Of a DNA stretch of 64,000 nucleotides, positions 37,829 through 46,986 are shown piece by piece; within the stretch, counting starts at the first letter, position 1, and the number at the start of each line of letters is the position of its first letter. The notes under the pieces are model-generated. The model did no database searches. It had not been told where the DNA came from and was given only the letters and a program-made list of their open reading frames with translations. Made by a program: the position numbers and the translations under genes. Source of the stretch: Patescibacteria group bacterium (lineage in GTDB: Bacteria; Patescibacteriota; Patescibacteriia; UBA9570); NCBI GenBank assembly GCA_041660305.1, contig JBAZWO010000003.1, forward strand, positions 8,705-72,704, written 5' to 3'.

Positions 37829-37911
37829 TTATTCCCCCTTCTCCTCAGAGGAGAAGGGGGTTAGGGGGATGAGGTAGGTTGTTTAAAGGAGAGGGGGTCG
37901 GGGGGTGAGGT
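37829..37911 (+). repeat. G/C-rich hairpin + tail element plus a second partial copy, abutting the TAG stop of the HD gene
   Basis: TTATTCCCCCTTCTCCTCAGAGGAGAAGGGGGTTAGGGGGATGAGGT matches 39928-39974 except for one loop base. It is followed by AGGAGAGGGGGTCGGGGGGTGAGGT|CTA. Confidence 0.65.
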
Positions 37912-38952
37912 CTAAATTATCTTTATATAATGTCCCGCCTGCCGCTTGGCTCGATATTGTTCATTTAAATCATTAAATTCTACATCCAAATGTGATAAAC
38001 GGACTAATTCTCCATCAATTAACACAAATGGATCCACAATTCTAATTTTAGTTTTAACATGAAAATCATAATTTACCAAGTCTTCTTTTACCTTAATAGA
38101 CCTTACTAAGGCTAAATTTTTACTAATTAACGGATGCTTAGCTTGCGCTAGTTTTTCGTACACTACTTCGTCTACCGAAAACAAATCTTTGAACGTAATA
38201 ATATTTTCAAACAAAGCCGTTTTAATGGCTTCAGCAAATAAATGATAAAGAGCCGCCTGCATGGGGTGCCCCCATAAGCGCTGATCACCTAAGCGGTAGA
38301 CATCGGCAAACTGGCGCGCAATATTCTGGTGCTCAAACGCAATGGTGTGCTCAAACCGAACCATGTCATCTAACATGGGTTTTACGTCGTTAATATCTAA
38401 AATCCGATCGGTCACTAAATCTCGAAAACAATAATCAATTCTGTCCATACACAAATCTGGCAAATCCCGTTCTAATAACGAAAATCTAGCTTTATCAAAT
38501 ATAGTATCCAATGATAAATCATGTTTTTTTATAATCGCCGGAATAGTTGAATTCATAATTACGGCTTTGTGAAACTCTTCATGAAACGTGCCAGCTTCGG
38601 CACCGCCAAATACAAAATCAATCACATGGGAAAACGCGGTATGTGGTACATCATGCAACATACCTGCAATCTGTTCTTCTAGTGTGGCGTTGAATCGGCG
38701 TAATAATAAATACACCCCTACACAGTGCTCATAACGGCTAGTGGTAAGATGCGCAAACCGATAAAAACTAGCCCCATACTGATTCACTTTTTTCAGCCGC
38801 TGCATCGCTTCAGAAGCTAGTAATTCTTGTACCACTGGCTCTGTGATAGTTGTTTCGCTATAGATTTTATCTTTATATTGATATTGCATATGTTTTATTA
38901 CCCTATTGTAAACTAAACACCGCTCTTGTCCAGTATCAGAAACCATTGACAT
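37912..38952 (-). CDS. HD-domain metal-dependent phosphohydrolase
   Basis: H...HD motif (YEHCVGVY...GMLHDVPHTAFSH). The true start may be the ATG at 38889. Confidence 0.75.
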   Translation of the reverse strand: MSMVSDTGQERCLVYNRVIKHMQYQYKDKIYSETTITEPVVQELLASEAMQRLKKVNQYGASFYRFAHLTTSRYEHCVGVYLLLRRFNATLEEQIAGMLHDVPHTAFSHVIDFVFGGAEAGTFHEEFHKAVIMNSTIPAIIKKHDLSLDTIFDKARFSLLERDLPDLCMDRIDYCFRDLVTDRILDINDVKPMLDDMVRFEHTIAFEHQNIARQFADVYRLGDQRLWGHPMQAALYHLFAEAIKTALFENIITFKDLFSVDEVVYEKLAQAKHPLISKNLALVRSIKVKEDLVNYDFHVKTKIRIVDPFVLIDGELVRLSHLDVEFNDLNEQYRAKRQAGHYIKII

Positions 38953-38982
38953 TACTTATAGGTCTGCTAATATAATATTATA

Positions 38983-39039
38983 CTTTGACTCCAAATATGG
39001 AGTTCCGAGGCCCTCCAAAAGAGGGCCGTTATTTTTTTT
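38983..39039 (+). ncRNA. Candidate ~55-nt small RNA convergent with the PemK/MazF-like gene
   Basis: TTGACA (38946-38951), a 19-nt spacer and TATAAT (38971-38976). Then two hairpins (ACTCC-AAATAT-GGAGT and GGCCCTC-CAAAA-GAGGGCC), followed by GTTA and T8. Both flanking genes are on the other strand. Confidence 0.3.
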
Positions 39040-39439
39040 AAACAAGTTTACGAAACATGTTTTGAATATTTTTGTAGTCTTCAGCTTCTAATTTACCTAA
39101 ACGACGTAATAGCCTTTTAGCACTAATTACTCTCATTTGAGACAAATTGATTGTATATTGTAAATGATTACGCTGAAATATGTATCTATAATTACCCGGT
39201 TTAATTTTACTAGACGTTGGTACCGCTAAAAACATATCTGCATTAAATTTTTTCAAAATTAATACCGGACGTTCAAAATGAAAATTTTTACCATTTTCTT
39301 CACTGCCGATATTTTGTCCAAGACTAACCCACCAAATTTGACCTTCCTTAAAATAAAAAGTCTGTGATTTTTTACTCAAGTGAATATCTATTTTTAGTTT
39401 TGACCAAGCGTTAAATTCTTGAATTATTTTTAATAACAT
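39038..39439 (-). CDS. PemK/MazF-family toxin-like protein
   Basis: GQIWWVSLGQNIGSEENGKNFHFERPVLILKKF...AVPTSSK...LSQMRVISAKRL follows the PemK/MazF pattern. I prefer the ATG at 39439. Confidence 0.5.
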   Translation of the reverse strand: MLLKIIQEFNAWSKLKIDIHLSKKSQTFYFKEGQIWWVSLGQNIGSEENGKNFHFERPVLILKKFNADMFLAVPTSSKIKPGNYRYIFQRNHLQYTINLSQMRVISAKRLLRRLGKLEAEDYKNIQNMFRKLV

Positions 39440-39498
39440 AAAAAGCGTTCCCAAAAATTGGTGAGCGCTCAATTAAAGTATATGTTATCAAAATTTTA

Positions 39499-39912
39499 TT
39501 AATATTGCAATTTTAACAATGCCAGCCCAATTTCTGACTCCATTGCTCGATGTAACTCTGTAAACGGTCTAATCACTAATTCAATAGTCGGATTAGCAAC
39601 CAGCTTATTACAGTGTCCACCAAACACCTGGTATTGATGATTAGCCAGCGTAACATGAATGTGTAATTTTTCTACGGAAATGTTGCCTTGAATACTGGTA
39701 ACTTCGTAAAACTGATCGTTAAATAATTTATTAGTATACTGTTTGCTTTCTAAATTAAATGAAGCCAGTTCAATTTCTTGTGAACCGCCAATTCCATTTA
39801 TCCAACCACCTTTAATGTTCTGCTCCTGGAAAAATTTTGTTAACGTAGTGATTAATTCTTCACCTGACATCAGGCGAATAATGTAAGTGTCATTGTTTTT
39901 TGTATATTGCAT
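39499..39912 (-). CDS. PPC (DUF296) domain protein
   Basis: IIRLMSGEELITTLTKF...GIGGSQEIELASF...HIHVTLA...GGHC is typical of PPC/DUF296. Confidence 0.6.
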   Translation of the reverse strand: MQYTKNNDTYIIRLMSGEELITTLTKFFQEQNIKGGWINGIGGSQEIELASFNLESKQYTNKLFNDQFYEVTSIQGNISVEKLHIHVTLANHQYQVFGGHCNKLVANPTIELVIRPFTELHRAMESEIGLALLKLQY

Positions 39913-39927
39913 ATATTTAATTATTTA

Positions 39928-39974
39928 TTATTCCCCCTTCTCCTCTGAGGAGAAGGGGGTTAGGGGGATGAGGT
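39928..39974 (+). repeat. G/C-rich hairpin + tail element abutting the TAG stop of tsaD
   Basis: TTATTCCCCCTTCTCCTCTGAGGAGAAGGGGGTTAGGGGGATGAGGT|CTA. Confidence 0.65.
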
Positions 39975-40961
39975 CTATGTTAATTCCCAATTCGGATCGG
40001 CCTGCACAGAAAACAAATCAGCCGGCTCGTTATGTAATTTACACGCCGCGGCAATCATGGCGGCATTATCGGTACAATATTCTAACGCTGGAATACATAA
40101 TGTTACAGGCGTAGAGACGCATTGCAATGCGTCTCTACATGTTTGGCGTAATAACGGGTTAGCCGCTACTCCACCGCCCACTAATAACGTTTTTACCTGA
40201 TACTGCTTAATTGCTTTCATGGTTTTTTTTACTAATACATCTACAATGGCTTGTTGTAAGCTGGCGCAAATATCATTTAAATTTGCATTTGGATTATCGC
40301 GTTTAAAATACAATACCGCCGTTTTTAATCCGGAAAATGAAAACGAATAATCACCGCTATCCAGCATGGGTCTAGGAAAATGAAACGCTGCCGCATTGCC
40401 TTGTGTTGCCAATTTACTAATTTCTGGCCCACCTGGATAAGCCAACCCTAAAATGCGCGCCGTTTTATCAAAGCATTCTCCGGCCGCGTCATCTCGTGTT
40501 TTTCCTATTAACTCATAAGTAGCCGGCTTTGGCATGAACAACAATTCGGTATGGCCACCGGATACCACCAGCGCTATCGCCGGATACTCGATATTAGGCT
40601 GCGTAATAAAATTAGCGGCAATATGGCCTTCAATATGATTAATGGAAAATAATGGTACATGCCAACTGTAACTTAGCGTACGCGCCGTTTCTACGCCTAC
40701 CATTAATGAGGTAATTAAGCCTGGCCCAGTAGTCACGGCAATTCTATCTAGTTGCTGACCGGTTAAATTAGTTTGTTTTAAAATTTGTTCAATTAGTGGC
40801 ATAATAACCTGCACGTGTTCACGTGCCGCCACTTCGGGCACTACTCCACCGGTTAATTTATGCACGTCAATTTGCGAAGCCGTTAAATAGCTAATCTTAT
40901 CATCCTGCATGACCGCTACGCTGGTCTCGTCACACGAAGTTTCTATTGCTAAAATATTCAT
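39975..40961 (-). CDS. tsaD: tRNA N6-adenosine threonylcarbamoyltransferase
   Basis: MNILAIETSCDETSVAV, HIEGHI, SGGHTEL and CTDNAAMIA motifs of the Kae1/TsaD family. Confidence 0.92.
   Translation of the reverse strand: MNILAIETSCDETSVAVMQDDKISYLTASQIDVHKLTGGVVPEVAAREHVQVIMPLIEQILKQTNLTGQQLDRIAVTTGPGLITSLMVGVETARTLSYSWHVPLFSINHIEGHIAANFITQPNIEYPAIALVVSGGHTELLFMPKPATYELIGKTRDDAAGECFDKTARILGLAYPGGPEISKLATQGNAAAFHFPRPMLDSGDYSFSFSGLKTAVLYFKRDNPNANLNDICASLQQAIVDVLVKKTMKAIKQYQVKTLLVGGGVAANPLLRQTCRDALQCVSTPVTLCIPALEYCTDNAAMIAAACKLHNEPADLFSVQADPNWELT
40111..40138. repeat. 28-nt perfect palindrome inside tsaD
   Basis: GTAGAGACGCATTG|CAATGCGTCTCTAC. It is translated in frame as ...CRDALQCVST... Confidence 0.7.
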
Positions 40962-40990
40962 GCTATCATTAAAACACTCGCGCTTACTTT

Positions 40991-42088
40991 ATGCAAACTA
41001 TATTAAAAACTCTATTTACTAGTTATCACGGAATGTTCCGGCTCTATCGCTGGCTGGTGTTAGGCTTAATTATTTTTTTTATTTTTGGCATTATTTTAGG
41101 CGTAGTACTGCCTGCTTCATTAAAAATGATCATGCTAGATTTAGTAATGCAAAAATTTGCTGCGATTACTGGCGATGCTTCTACCGCTTGGCAATTAACC
41201 GAGCGTATTTTTTTAAATAATTTTTTAGTAAGTGGATTATTATATTTATTAGGCTTTATTGTTATTTTTCCAATCTTCTTAATGGTAATTAATGGTTTAG
41301 TGATTGGTATCTTTTTTGATCTGGTGTACCGTTATAATTTTTTATATCCTGGCACTTTTTGGAGTAGTTTAATAGGCTTAATTCCCCATGGTATTTTTGA
41401 ATTAACGGCTTTCTTTTTAGCTGGGACATTAAGTATTGCGGTAATACTGAAAGTGTTATTCAACAAAATTATTGAACCACAAAAATCACGTAAACAAGTA
41501 CTGTTAGAATCCGCTATCAGATTTTTTACCTTAATTATTCCCCTATTAATAGTGGCCGCTTTAGTAGAATGTTACGTGTCACCATTAGTTAGCACGGTTA
41601 TTTTTAATAAAATTAATCAATCTCGCCTTGATGCTAGCTTGGCTATAAACCTAAACGAAACCGTATTAAACAAATATCATTGCACATCAACTCCTAATAC
41701 TCAAACCAAAGCTTTAGATAATTCAGATGCTGATTTTTCCAAGAAATTATTAACCACGCTCTATAATAATGAGGTAATTACTCAATTTAAACAACGTAAA
41801 TCTATTCCTGTGTGGGAACAATATTATTATTGTGATCAAAATATGATTATTGGCATTAGAGCTTATCCGGCTCAACAATGGTCGGTTACTCAAGCTATAC
41901 AATTACAAGAAGCCTTTCTTACGGCGGCTGGCGAATCTTTTCAACATCCTAACAATAATCCAAATATCTTTATTACTAATAGTCCTGCTTTCGGCGGCAC
42001 AATTACGTTTCAAAATTATCAAGATAGAACTGTTGGCGTAGTGATTACTAATGGAGAGATAACAGCGGATGAAGTGCTACAAAAATAA
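40991..42088 (+). CDS. SpoIIM-family-like membrane protein with an extra C-terminal soluble domain
   Basis: Multi-TM N-terminal ~200 aa containing the motif IPHGIFELTAFFLAG. Confidence 0.5.
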   Translation: MQTILKTLFTSYHGMFRLYRWLVLGLIIFFIFGIILGVVLPASLKMIMLDLVMQKFAAITGDASTAWQLTERIFLNNFLVSGLLYLLGFIVIFPIFLMVINGLVIGIFFDLVYRYNFLYPGTFWSSLIGLIPHGIFELTAFFLAGTLSIAVILKVLFNKIIEPQKSRKQVLLESAIRFFTLIIPLLIVAALVECYVSPLVSTVIFNKINQSRLDASLAINLNETVLNKYHCTSTPNTQTKALDNSDADFSKKLLTTLYNNEVITQFKQRKSIPVWEQYYYCDQNMIIGIRAYPAQQWSVTQAIQLQEAFLTAAGESFQHPNNNPNIFITNSPAFGGTITFQNYQDRTVGVVITNGEITADEVLQK

Positions 42089-42156
42089 AGCCGGCCTTGA
42101 CTAGGCTTAATTTAGCCTCTATAATAGATACAAGATAGTTAATCTATATATCAATT

Positions 42157-42843
42157 ATGTTGAATCTATTAACCATAACCAATCTGACTAGGGAAATTAA
42201 TATAGCTCCTTTGCATATTATTAGAGAACATTTAGAAATGGAAACACTGTATTATCTCAGCCAATCCCCATTGGCCAAACAAATACTTTTTTATGGTGGC
42301 ACGGCTATTCGCCTAGCCCATCATGGCTTACGTTTTTCAGAAGATTTAGATTTTCTTTTTAGCACACCTCCAACCGCCCAGACGGCTCAATTGTTACGGC
42401 GGGTCTTAAAAAATGTTGTTCAGAATAATTCCGGAGTAACTCTTGAAGAAGTAATTAATAAGCGGTGGACATTATTTGGTTTACTGCATATTACCCATGA
42501 ATTATTAAAACATCCAATTAGAATTAAAATTGAAATCTGTAAAAAAAAAGAAGCCGCGGAAGTAAAAAATTTTTTACTTACCTCAAAAACAAATAACAAA
42601 GAAATTATTTTTAAAACCGCTACTGTAGAAGCCCTGTGTTTATTAAAAGAAAAAGCCATGTTTAATAGAGCGGTACCACGTGATTGGTTTGACTATTGGT
42701 ATCTTTGTCAAAAATTACAGCGCAATAAAACTATTAAATTGCCCTTTCCTTTTCCAAAGTTAGCCTTTGCTAATGATTTAAAACGTTGGCTACCGCGCCA
42801 AACTTGGCCAGTAATACCAACTATTATTGCCTTTTATGAATAA
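42157..42843 (+). CDS. AbiEii-like nucleotidyltransferase (pair 2)
   Basis: FYGGTAIRLAHHGLRFSEDLDFLF. Confidence 0.7.
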   Translation: MLNLLTITNLTREINIAPLHIIREHLEMETLYYLSQSPLAKQILFYGGTAIRLAHHGLRFSEDLDFLFSTPPTAQTAQLLRRVLKNVVQNNSGVTLEEVINKRWTLFGLLHITHELLKHPIRIKIEICKKKEAAEVKNFLLTSKTNNKEIIFKTATVEALCLLKEKAMFNRAVPRDWFDYWYLCQKLQRNKTIKLPFPFPKLAFANDLKRWLPRQTWPVIPTIIAFYE

Positions 42844-43426
42844 TGCTTTACGTACACAATATTTATCATTCAAAACCGAACTAGAACAAACCGGCAAAAC
42901 ATATTTTTCTTTATCCGATTTGGAAAAATTTTATCAGCATAAAAAAACCAGCTTAAAAGCGTTGTTAACGCATTGGAAAAAACAGCAATTAATTACCAAA
43001 GTTGGGCACGGCTACTACACCTTGGATTTAGCTAGGGTAGATTATCTTCAATTAGCTACCACGCTCTATCCCAATTCTTATGTTAGCTTTGAATACGCCT
43101 TATATTATTACGGCATGCTTAATCAAGTACCTACTACTGTTACTCTAGCCTCTTTAAACCGTAGCCGGCGTTTTCATCTAACAGCTTGGACATTAGAGTA
43201 TACTCATATAAAAAAAGACTTGTTTTTTGATTATGAATTAAAAAATAATGTATATATAGCCACGCCAGAAAAAGCTTTGGCTGACACTTTTTATTTAATA
43301 GCCCGTGGACAACGTCTAGTGGAATTAGATAATCTTGATAGGGCTAAAATTAATAAAACAAAATTACAAGCAACGTTGCAACAATTTCCTAGCTATGTGC
43401 AAAAATTATATCAATCATTTAAATAA
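42827..43426 (+). CDS. AbiEi-like protein (pair 2, encoded downstream of the nucleotidyltransferase)
   Basis: ...LITKVGHGYYTL...SYVSFEYALYYYGMLNQVP...ATPEKALADTFYL parallels the other two AbiEi-like proteins. It overlaps the upstream gene by 17 nt. Confidence 0.55.
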   Translation: MPFMNNALRTQYLSFKTELEQTGKTYFSLSDLEKFYQHKKTSLKALLTHWKKQQLITKVGHGYYTLDLARVDYLQLATTLYPNSYVSFEYALYYYGMLNQVPTTVTLASLNRSRRFHLTAWTLEYTHIKKDLFFDYELKNNVYIATPEKALADTFYLIARGQRLVELDNLDRAKINKTKLQATLQQFPSYVQKLYQSFK

Positions 43427-43510
43427 TATTTAACTCCAATCATTTCCTCTTTCCACAACCAATTTATATAAATTAGCTCTGGGAATGGACTCATAGCAGG
43501 CGGGATAAGG

Positions 43511-43849
43511 CTATGAGTCTTCTATCAAGCTCAGGAGCATCTTAAGCTTCTTCGCTAAAGTTTCTCTAGAATTAACAGTAATTTCGAAAGAAAATCCTGG
43601 CCCGGAGGCCATGATCTTAAAAACATCGGCTGGTAGGGGCAACGCTACTTTCACCTCTGGAAAAACTGTCGTAAATCTTCCCAGCTCCTCCGAATCCAAC
43701 CACCTTTCGCCCCTTTCCACACGAGATACACTTGCCTGATCTAGGCCTATCATTTGTCCAAATGATGTCTGGTTGAAACCTCTTTCTTCCCTTATGGTTT
43801 TCACTATTTCTCCAAGAGGGAGTTTTTTTAATTTTTCAAAATCAACCAT
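43511..43849 (-). CDS. XRE-family HTH protein with a C-terminal extension
   Basis: IREERGFNQTSFGQMIGLDQASVSRVERGER. Confidence 0.7.
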   Translation of the reverse strand: MVDFEKLKKLPLGEIVKTIREERGFNQTSFGQMIGLDQASVSRVERGERWLDSEELGRFTTVFPEVKVALPLPADVFKIMASGPGFSFEITVNSRETLAKKLKMLLSLIEDS

Positions 43850-43982
43850 TTTTTCCTCCTGTCATATAAAAACCTTCATCACTACCTAAACCATTCAGAT
43901 AGTAATGTTAGTTTTTCGTAAAGAACAATTTTTTATAATGAACAACGCCTTATATTAGAAAGACGCTGTTGTTTATAAACAA

Positions 43983-44399
43983 TTACTCAGAATTAGTAGC
44001 TCTTAATAAATCCCAAAAATCGTACAAAATAGATGCTAAATATAGCAGTAATAAAGTTATGTCTAGAATAATCAACCTTTCTCCTATTAATAACTTAGTA
44101 AGAATGGCGGTAAGTTCCAAACTAATACCAATAATTAACATCAATAAAACAGTTGTAACATGAGCCAAATAACGCTGCCAAACATTTTTACAATTAACTC
44201 GTTCATAAGTAAAAGCAAAATTGCCAAAGCAAGCTGTTACCGCCATAATACTTACTACTAATAATAGATTATTTATTATCACGTCATTTTTAATAATTGC
44301 GTTTGTATTTAATGAAATTTGTATATAATAAAAACTGACTATTAAAACCAGCCCTAGTATAATATTTTTTATTATGTTTTCCAGAATAATTTTTTTCAT
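43983..44399 (-). CDS. Small membrane protein (4 TM)
   Basis: Hydrophobic profile only. Confidence 0.4.
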   Translation of the reverse strand: MKKIILENIIKNIILGLVLIVSFYYIQISLNTNAIIKNDVIINNLLLVVSIMAVTACFGNFAFTYERVNCKNVWQRYLAHVTTVLLMLIIGISLELTAILTKLLIGERLIILDITLLLLYLASILYDFWDLLRATNSE

Positions 44400-44427
44400 A
44401 ATAAATATTTTAATTACTGATAAATTT

Positions 44428-44637
44428 TTAACGCCACTCTAATTGATCTATAGACACCACAAAAACCGGCTGTTTATTATTTCGACTGTATTTTTTTACC
44501 TGCGCTTGCTGCTCGATAATTTTCTGTATCACAACAATTGTTTCACTGGGTAAACAATCCTTGGTTTTTACACCCAACATTGGCCCACGATATAAGGCTT
44601 CGTAACCAACTCGCAAAGTTGTATTTTTGGCAAACAT
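44428..44637 (-). CDS. Hypothetical small protein
   Basis: 69-aa ORF co-directional with 43983-44399. No recognisable domain. Confidence 0.25.
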   Translation of the reverse strand: MFAKNTTLRVGYEALYRGPMLGVKTKDCLPSETIVVIQKIIEQQAQVKKYSRNNKQPVFVVSIDQLEWR

Positions 44638-44858
44638 ATTCTGATTGGTTTAATAATTACTGGCCAAATAAAAAAACTTGCTCTGCTAATTTGCAGACCA
44701 AGTTTCATCCAACGTACAGAGTTGTAATATCAACGTCAATATTACTGTCAAAAATGCTGTTACTAACTATAAATAACCCTTATTTATTAGCTATTTATGA
44801 TATAAGTGTTGTTAAAAAAGTTGACAAAAAATAAAAAATATATAATATTTAGGACATT

Positions 44859-45617
44859 ATGGACCTGCAAAAAACTTTGCAACAGCTTGGTTTAGCGCCT
44901 AAAGAAGCACAGGTTTACTTGGCTTGTTTGCAGTTGGGCTGCGCTTCGGTGTTGCAAATTGCCAAATTTGCCGGCTTAAAGCGCCCAACGGTTTATTTAA
45001 TTTTAGACAATTTAGAAGCGCGCGGCTTGGTAAGCAAAACTAAAGATATTAAGAAAAATTTATTTAAAGCCGAAGAGCCAAAGCGTTTGGTAATGGATTT
45101 ACGCAACCGGCAGGAATTGGCTAATCATATATTGCCATCTTTGCAGGCCATTTATAATTTAGATCCGGAAAAACCTAATATTAAAATTGGCGATGGCACA
45201 TTAAGCGTACGCAATGCTTATAACGGAATTTTTACTTATATATCCAATCATCCCAATGAAGAATTATTGATTTTCGGCTCGTTGAAAGACGCTTCGCAAT
45301 ATTTTGAACAGGAAGTGATAACTTATTTTTATGAAAAAATGGCTCGATCGCAAAACCATATTCGCGAAATCGGCAACGATGATCATGAAACCCGTAAATA
45401 TTACCGTGCTTCACGTCGCCTAAACGCTAATCATGATATTCGGTTAATTCGCAATGAAGGCGCGTTCTGGAAAGCAGATAACATGCTGTACGGCAATACT
45501 TTGGTAATATTTTCCGTAAAAGATCAGGTATTTGTTATTACTATAGAATCTAGCAACATTACTACTACCTATCGTACCCTCTTCAACATGGCCTGGCGTA
45601 GTGGGAAAAGAATTTGA
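44859..45617 (+). CDS. TrmB-family transcriptional regulator (paralog 3)
   Basis: LAPKEAQVYLACLQLGCASVLQIAKFAGLKRPTVYLILDNLEARGLV. Confidence 0.75.
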   Translation: MDLQKTLQQLGLAPKEAQVYLACLQLGCASVLQIAKFAGLKRPTVYLILDNLEARGLVSKTKDIKKNLFKAEEPKRLVMDLRNRQELANHILPSLQAIYNLDPEKPNIKIGDGTLSVRNAYNGIFTYISNHPNEELLIFGSLKDASQYFEQEVITYFYEKMARSQNHIREIGNDDHETRKYYRASRRLNANHDIRLIRNEGAFWKADNMLYGNTLVIFSVKDQVFVITIESSNITTTYRTLFNMAWRSGKRI

Positions 45618-45650
45618 CAAAAGGCCAAATATAACTTATCCTGTACATAT

Positions 45651-46220
45651 ATGTACAGGATAACTAGAAGAACTGATTATGTGGCCATTCTTTTAAAAGA
45701 AACCCGGCAAATTTTTCATACGCAGGATTTAATGGTGTTATGGGGAATCTATAATAAAAATACACTTTATACTACTATTAAGCGTTATGTGCAAAAGAAA
45801 ATTTTATACTCCATCCAAAAAGGTTTATATAGCACCGTACCAATTAATCAGCTAGACGACTGGGAGCTAGGATCCAGATTAATACATGATTATTCTTATA
45901 TTAGTTGTGAAACTATATTGCATAACGAGGGTTATATTAGTCCATACATGTACAAAACTGCTTTGGTCAGCAATCAAGCTAAACAATTTGAAATTAATGA
46001 AAAATATTTTTATAGTAGAAAGTTATCGAAAAAATTTTTGTATAATCCTGCTGGAATTAGTCGAGATAAAAATGTTTATGTAGCTTCACCAGAAAGAGCT
46101 ATAGCCGATTTACTCTATTTTAATCCATCAGCTTACTTTGATAGACCGATTAACTGGCCAAAAGTAAAAAACATCCAGCAAGCAGTTGGCTACCAATTAA
46201 CTCCAGAAATTTATGATTGA
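45651..46220 (+). CDS. AbiEi-like antitoxin (pair 3)
   Basis: ...IQKGLYSTVP...SYISCETILHNEGYI...ASPERAIADLLYF. Confidence 0.6.
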   Translation: MYRITRRTDYVAILLKETRQIFHTQDLMVLWGIYNKNTLYTTIKRYVQKKILYSIQKGLYSTVPINQLDDWELGSRLIHDYSYISCETILHNEGYISPYMYKTALVSNQAKQFEINEKYFYSRKLSKKFLYNPAGISRDKNVYVASPERAIADLLYFNPSAYFDRPINWPKVKNIQQAVGYQLTPEIYD

Positions 46221-46950
46221 ACCAAAACAATTAGATATTCTACACAAAGCTAAACTATTTGCCGTGTTACAAGCTGTAGCGGATAATGCGTATCTTTGTA
46301 CCACATTACGTTTTAAAGGCGGTACTTACGCTGCTTTGATGGGCTACTTAAATCGGTTTTCTGTTGATCTTGATTTTGATTATATTGACGACATGATCAA
46401 TTTACCAAAAGCTAGAGCGAATATTGAAACACTAGCTCAACAACTTGAATTAAACATTAAAGATCAAAGCCAAAATCACTTACAATATTTTTTTCAATAT
46501 CAAGCAGATAATCATAAACGTAATACTTTAAAACTCGAAGCCTATGCTCCAGCACCCAAAGCCAATGAATATATACCGGTGTATTTTCCTGAAATTGATC
46601 GCACGTTACAATGTGAAACAATTGAAACTATGTTTGCTAATAAACTAGCAGCCGTGTTGGGAAGATATCGTAAACATAAACGTATTGCCGGCAGGGATAT
46701 TTTTGATGTTAGCCAGTTTTTCCAACAGAAATTTCATTATAAACCAGAAATATTATTAGAAATTTATCCAGAATTCACTATTAAAGAATATTTTGCTAAA
46801 ATCATTACCTTAATAAAAACACAGGTTTCCCAAAAGATAATTGATGAAAATCTTAATATGCTGTTATCTCCTCTACAATTTCAATTATTAAGAAAAACTA
46901 TCAAACAAACCACATTAGATTATTTACAACAAGAATACGCTAAATTTTAG
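46213..46950 (+). CDS. AbiEii-family nucleotidyltransferase toxin (pair 3)
   Basis: FKGGTYAALMGYLNRFSVDLDFDY. Overlaps the AbiEi-like gene by 8 nt. Confidence 0.75.
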   Translation: MIEPKQLDILHKAKLFAVLQAVADNAYLCTTLRFKGGTYAALMGYLNRFSVDLDFDYIDDMINLPKARANIETLAQQLELNIKDQSQNHLQYFFQYQADNHKRNTLKLEAYAPAPKANEYIPVYFPEIDRTLQCETIETMFANKLAAVLGRYRKHKRIAGRDIFDVSQFFQQKFHYKPEILLEIYPEFTIKEYFAKIITLIKTQVSQKIIDENLNMLLSPLQFQLLRKTIKQTTLDYLQQEYAKF

Positions 46951-46986
46951 CAAAAATTATTCCTGAACTTCATTAAATTATCATAA

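Noticed and set aside
44538-44834. 98-aa plus-strand ORF upstream of the third TrmB paralog
   Set aside because: It overlaps the minus-strand 69-aa ORF and AT-rich intergenic DNA. Its composition (W/N/Y/L-rich) looks like translated promoter region.
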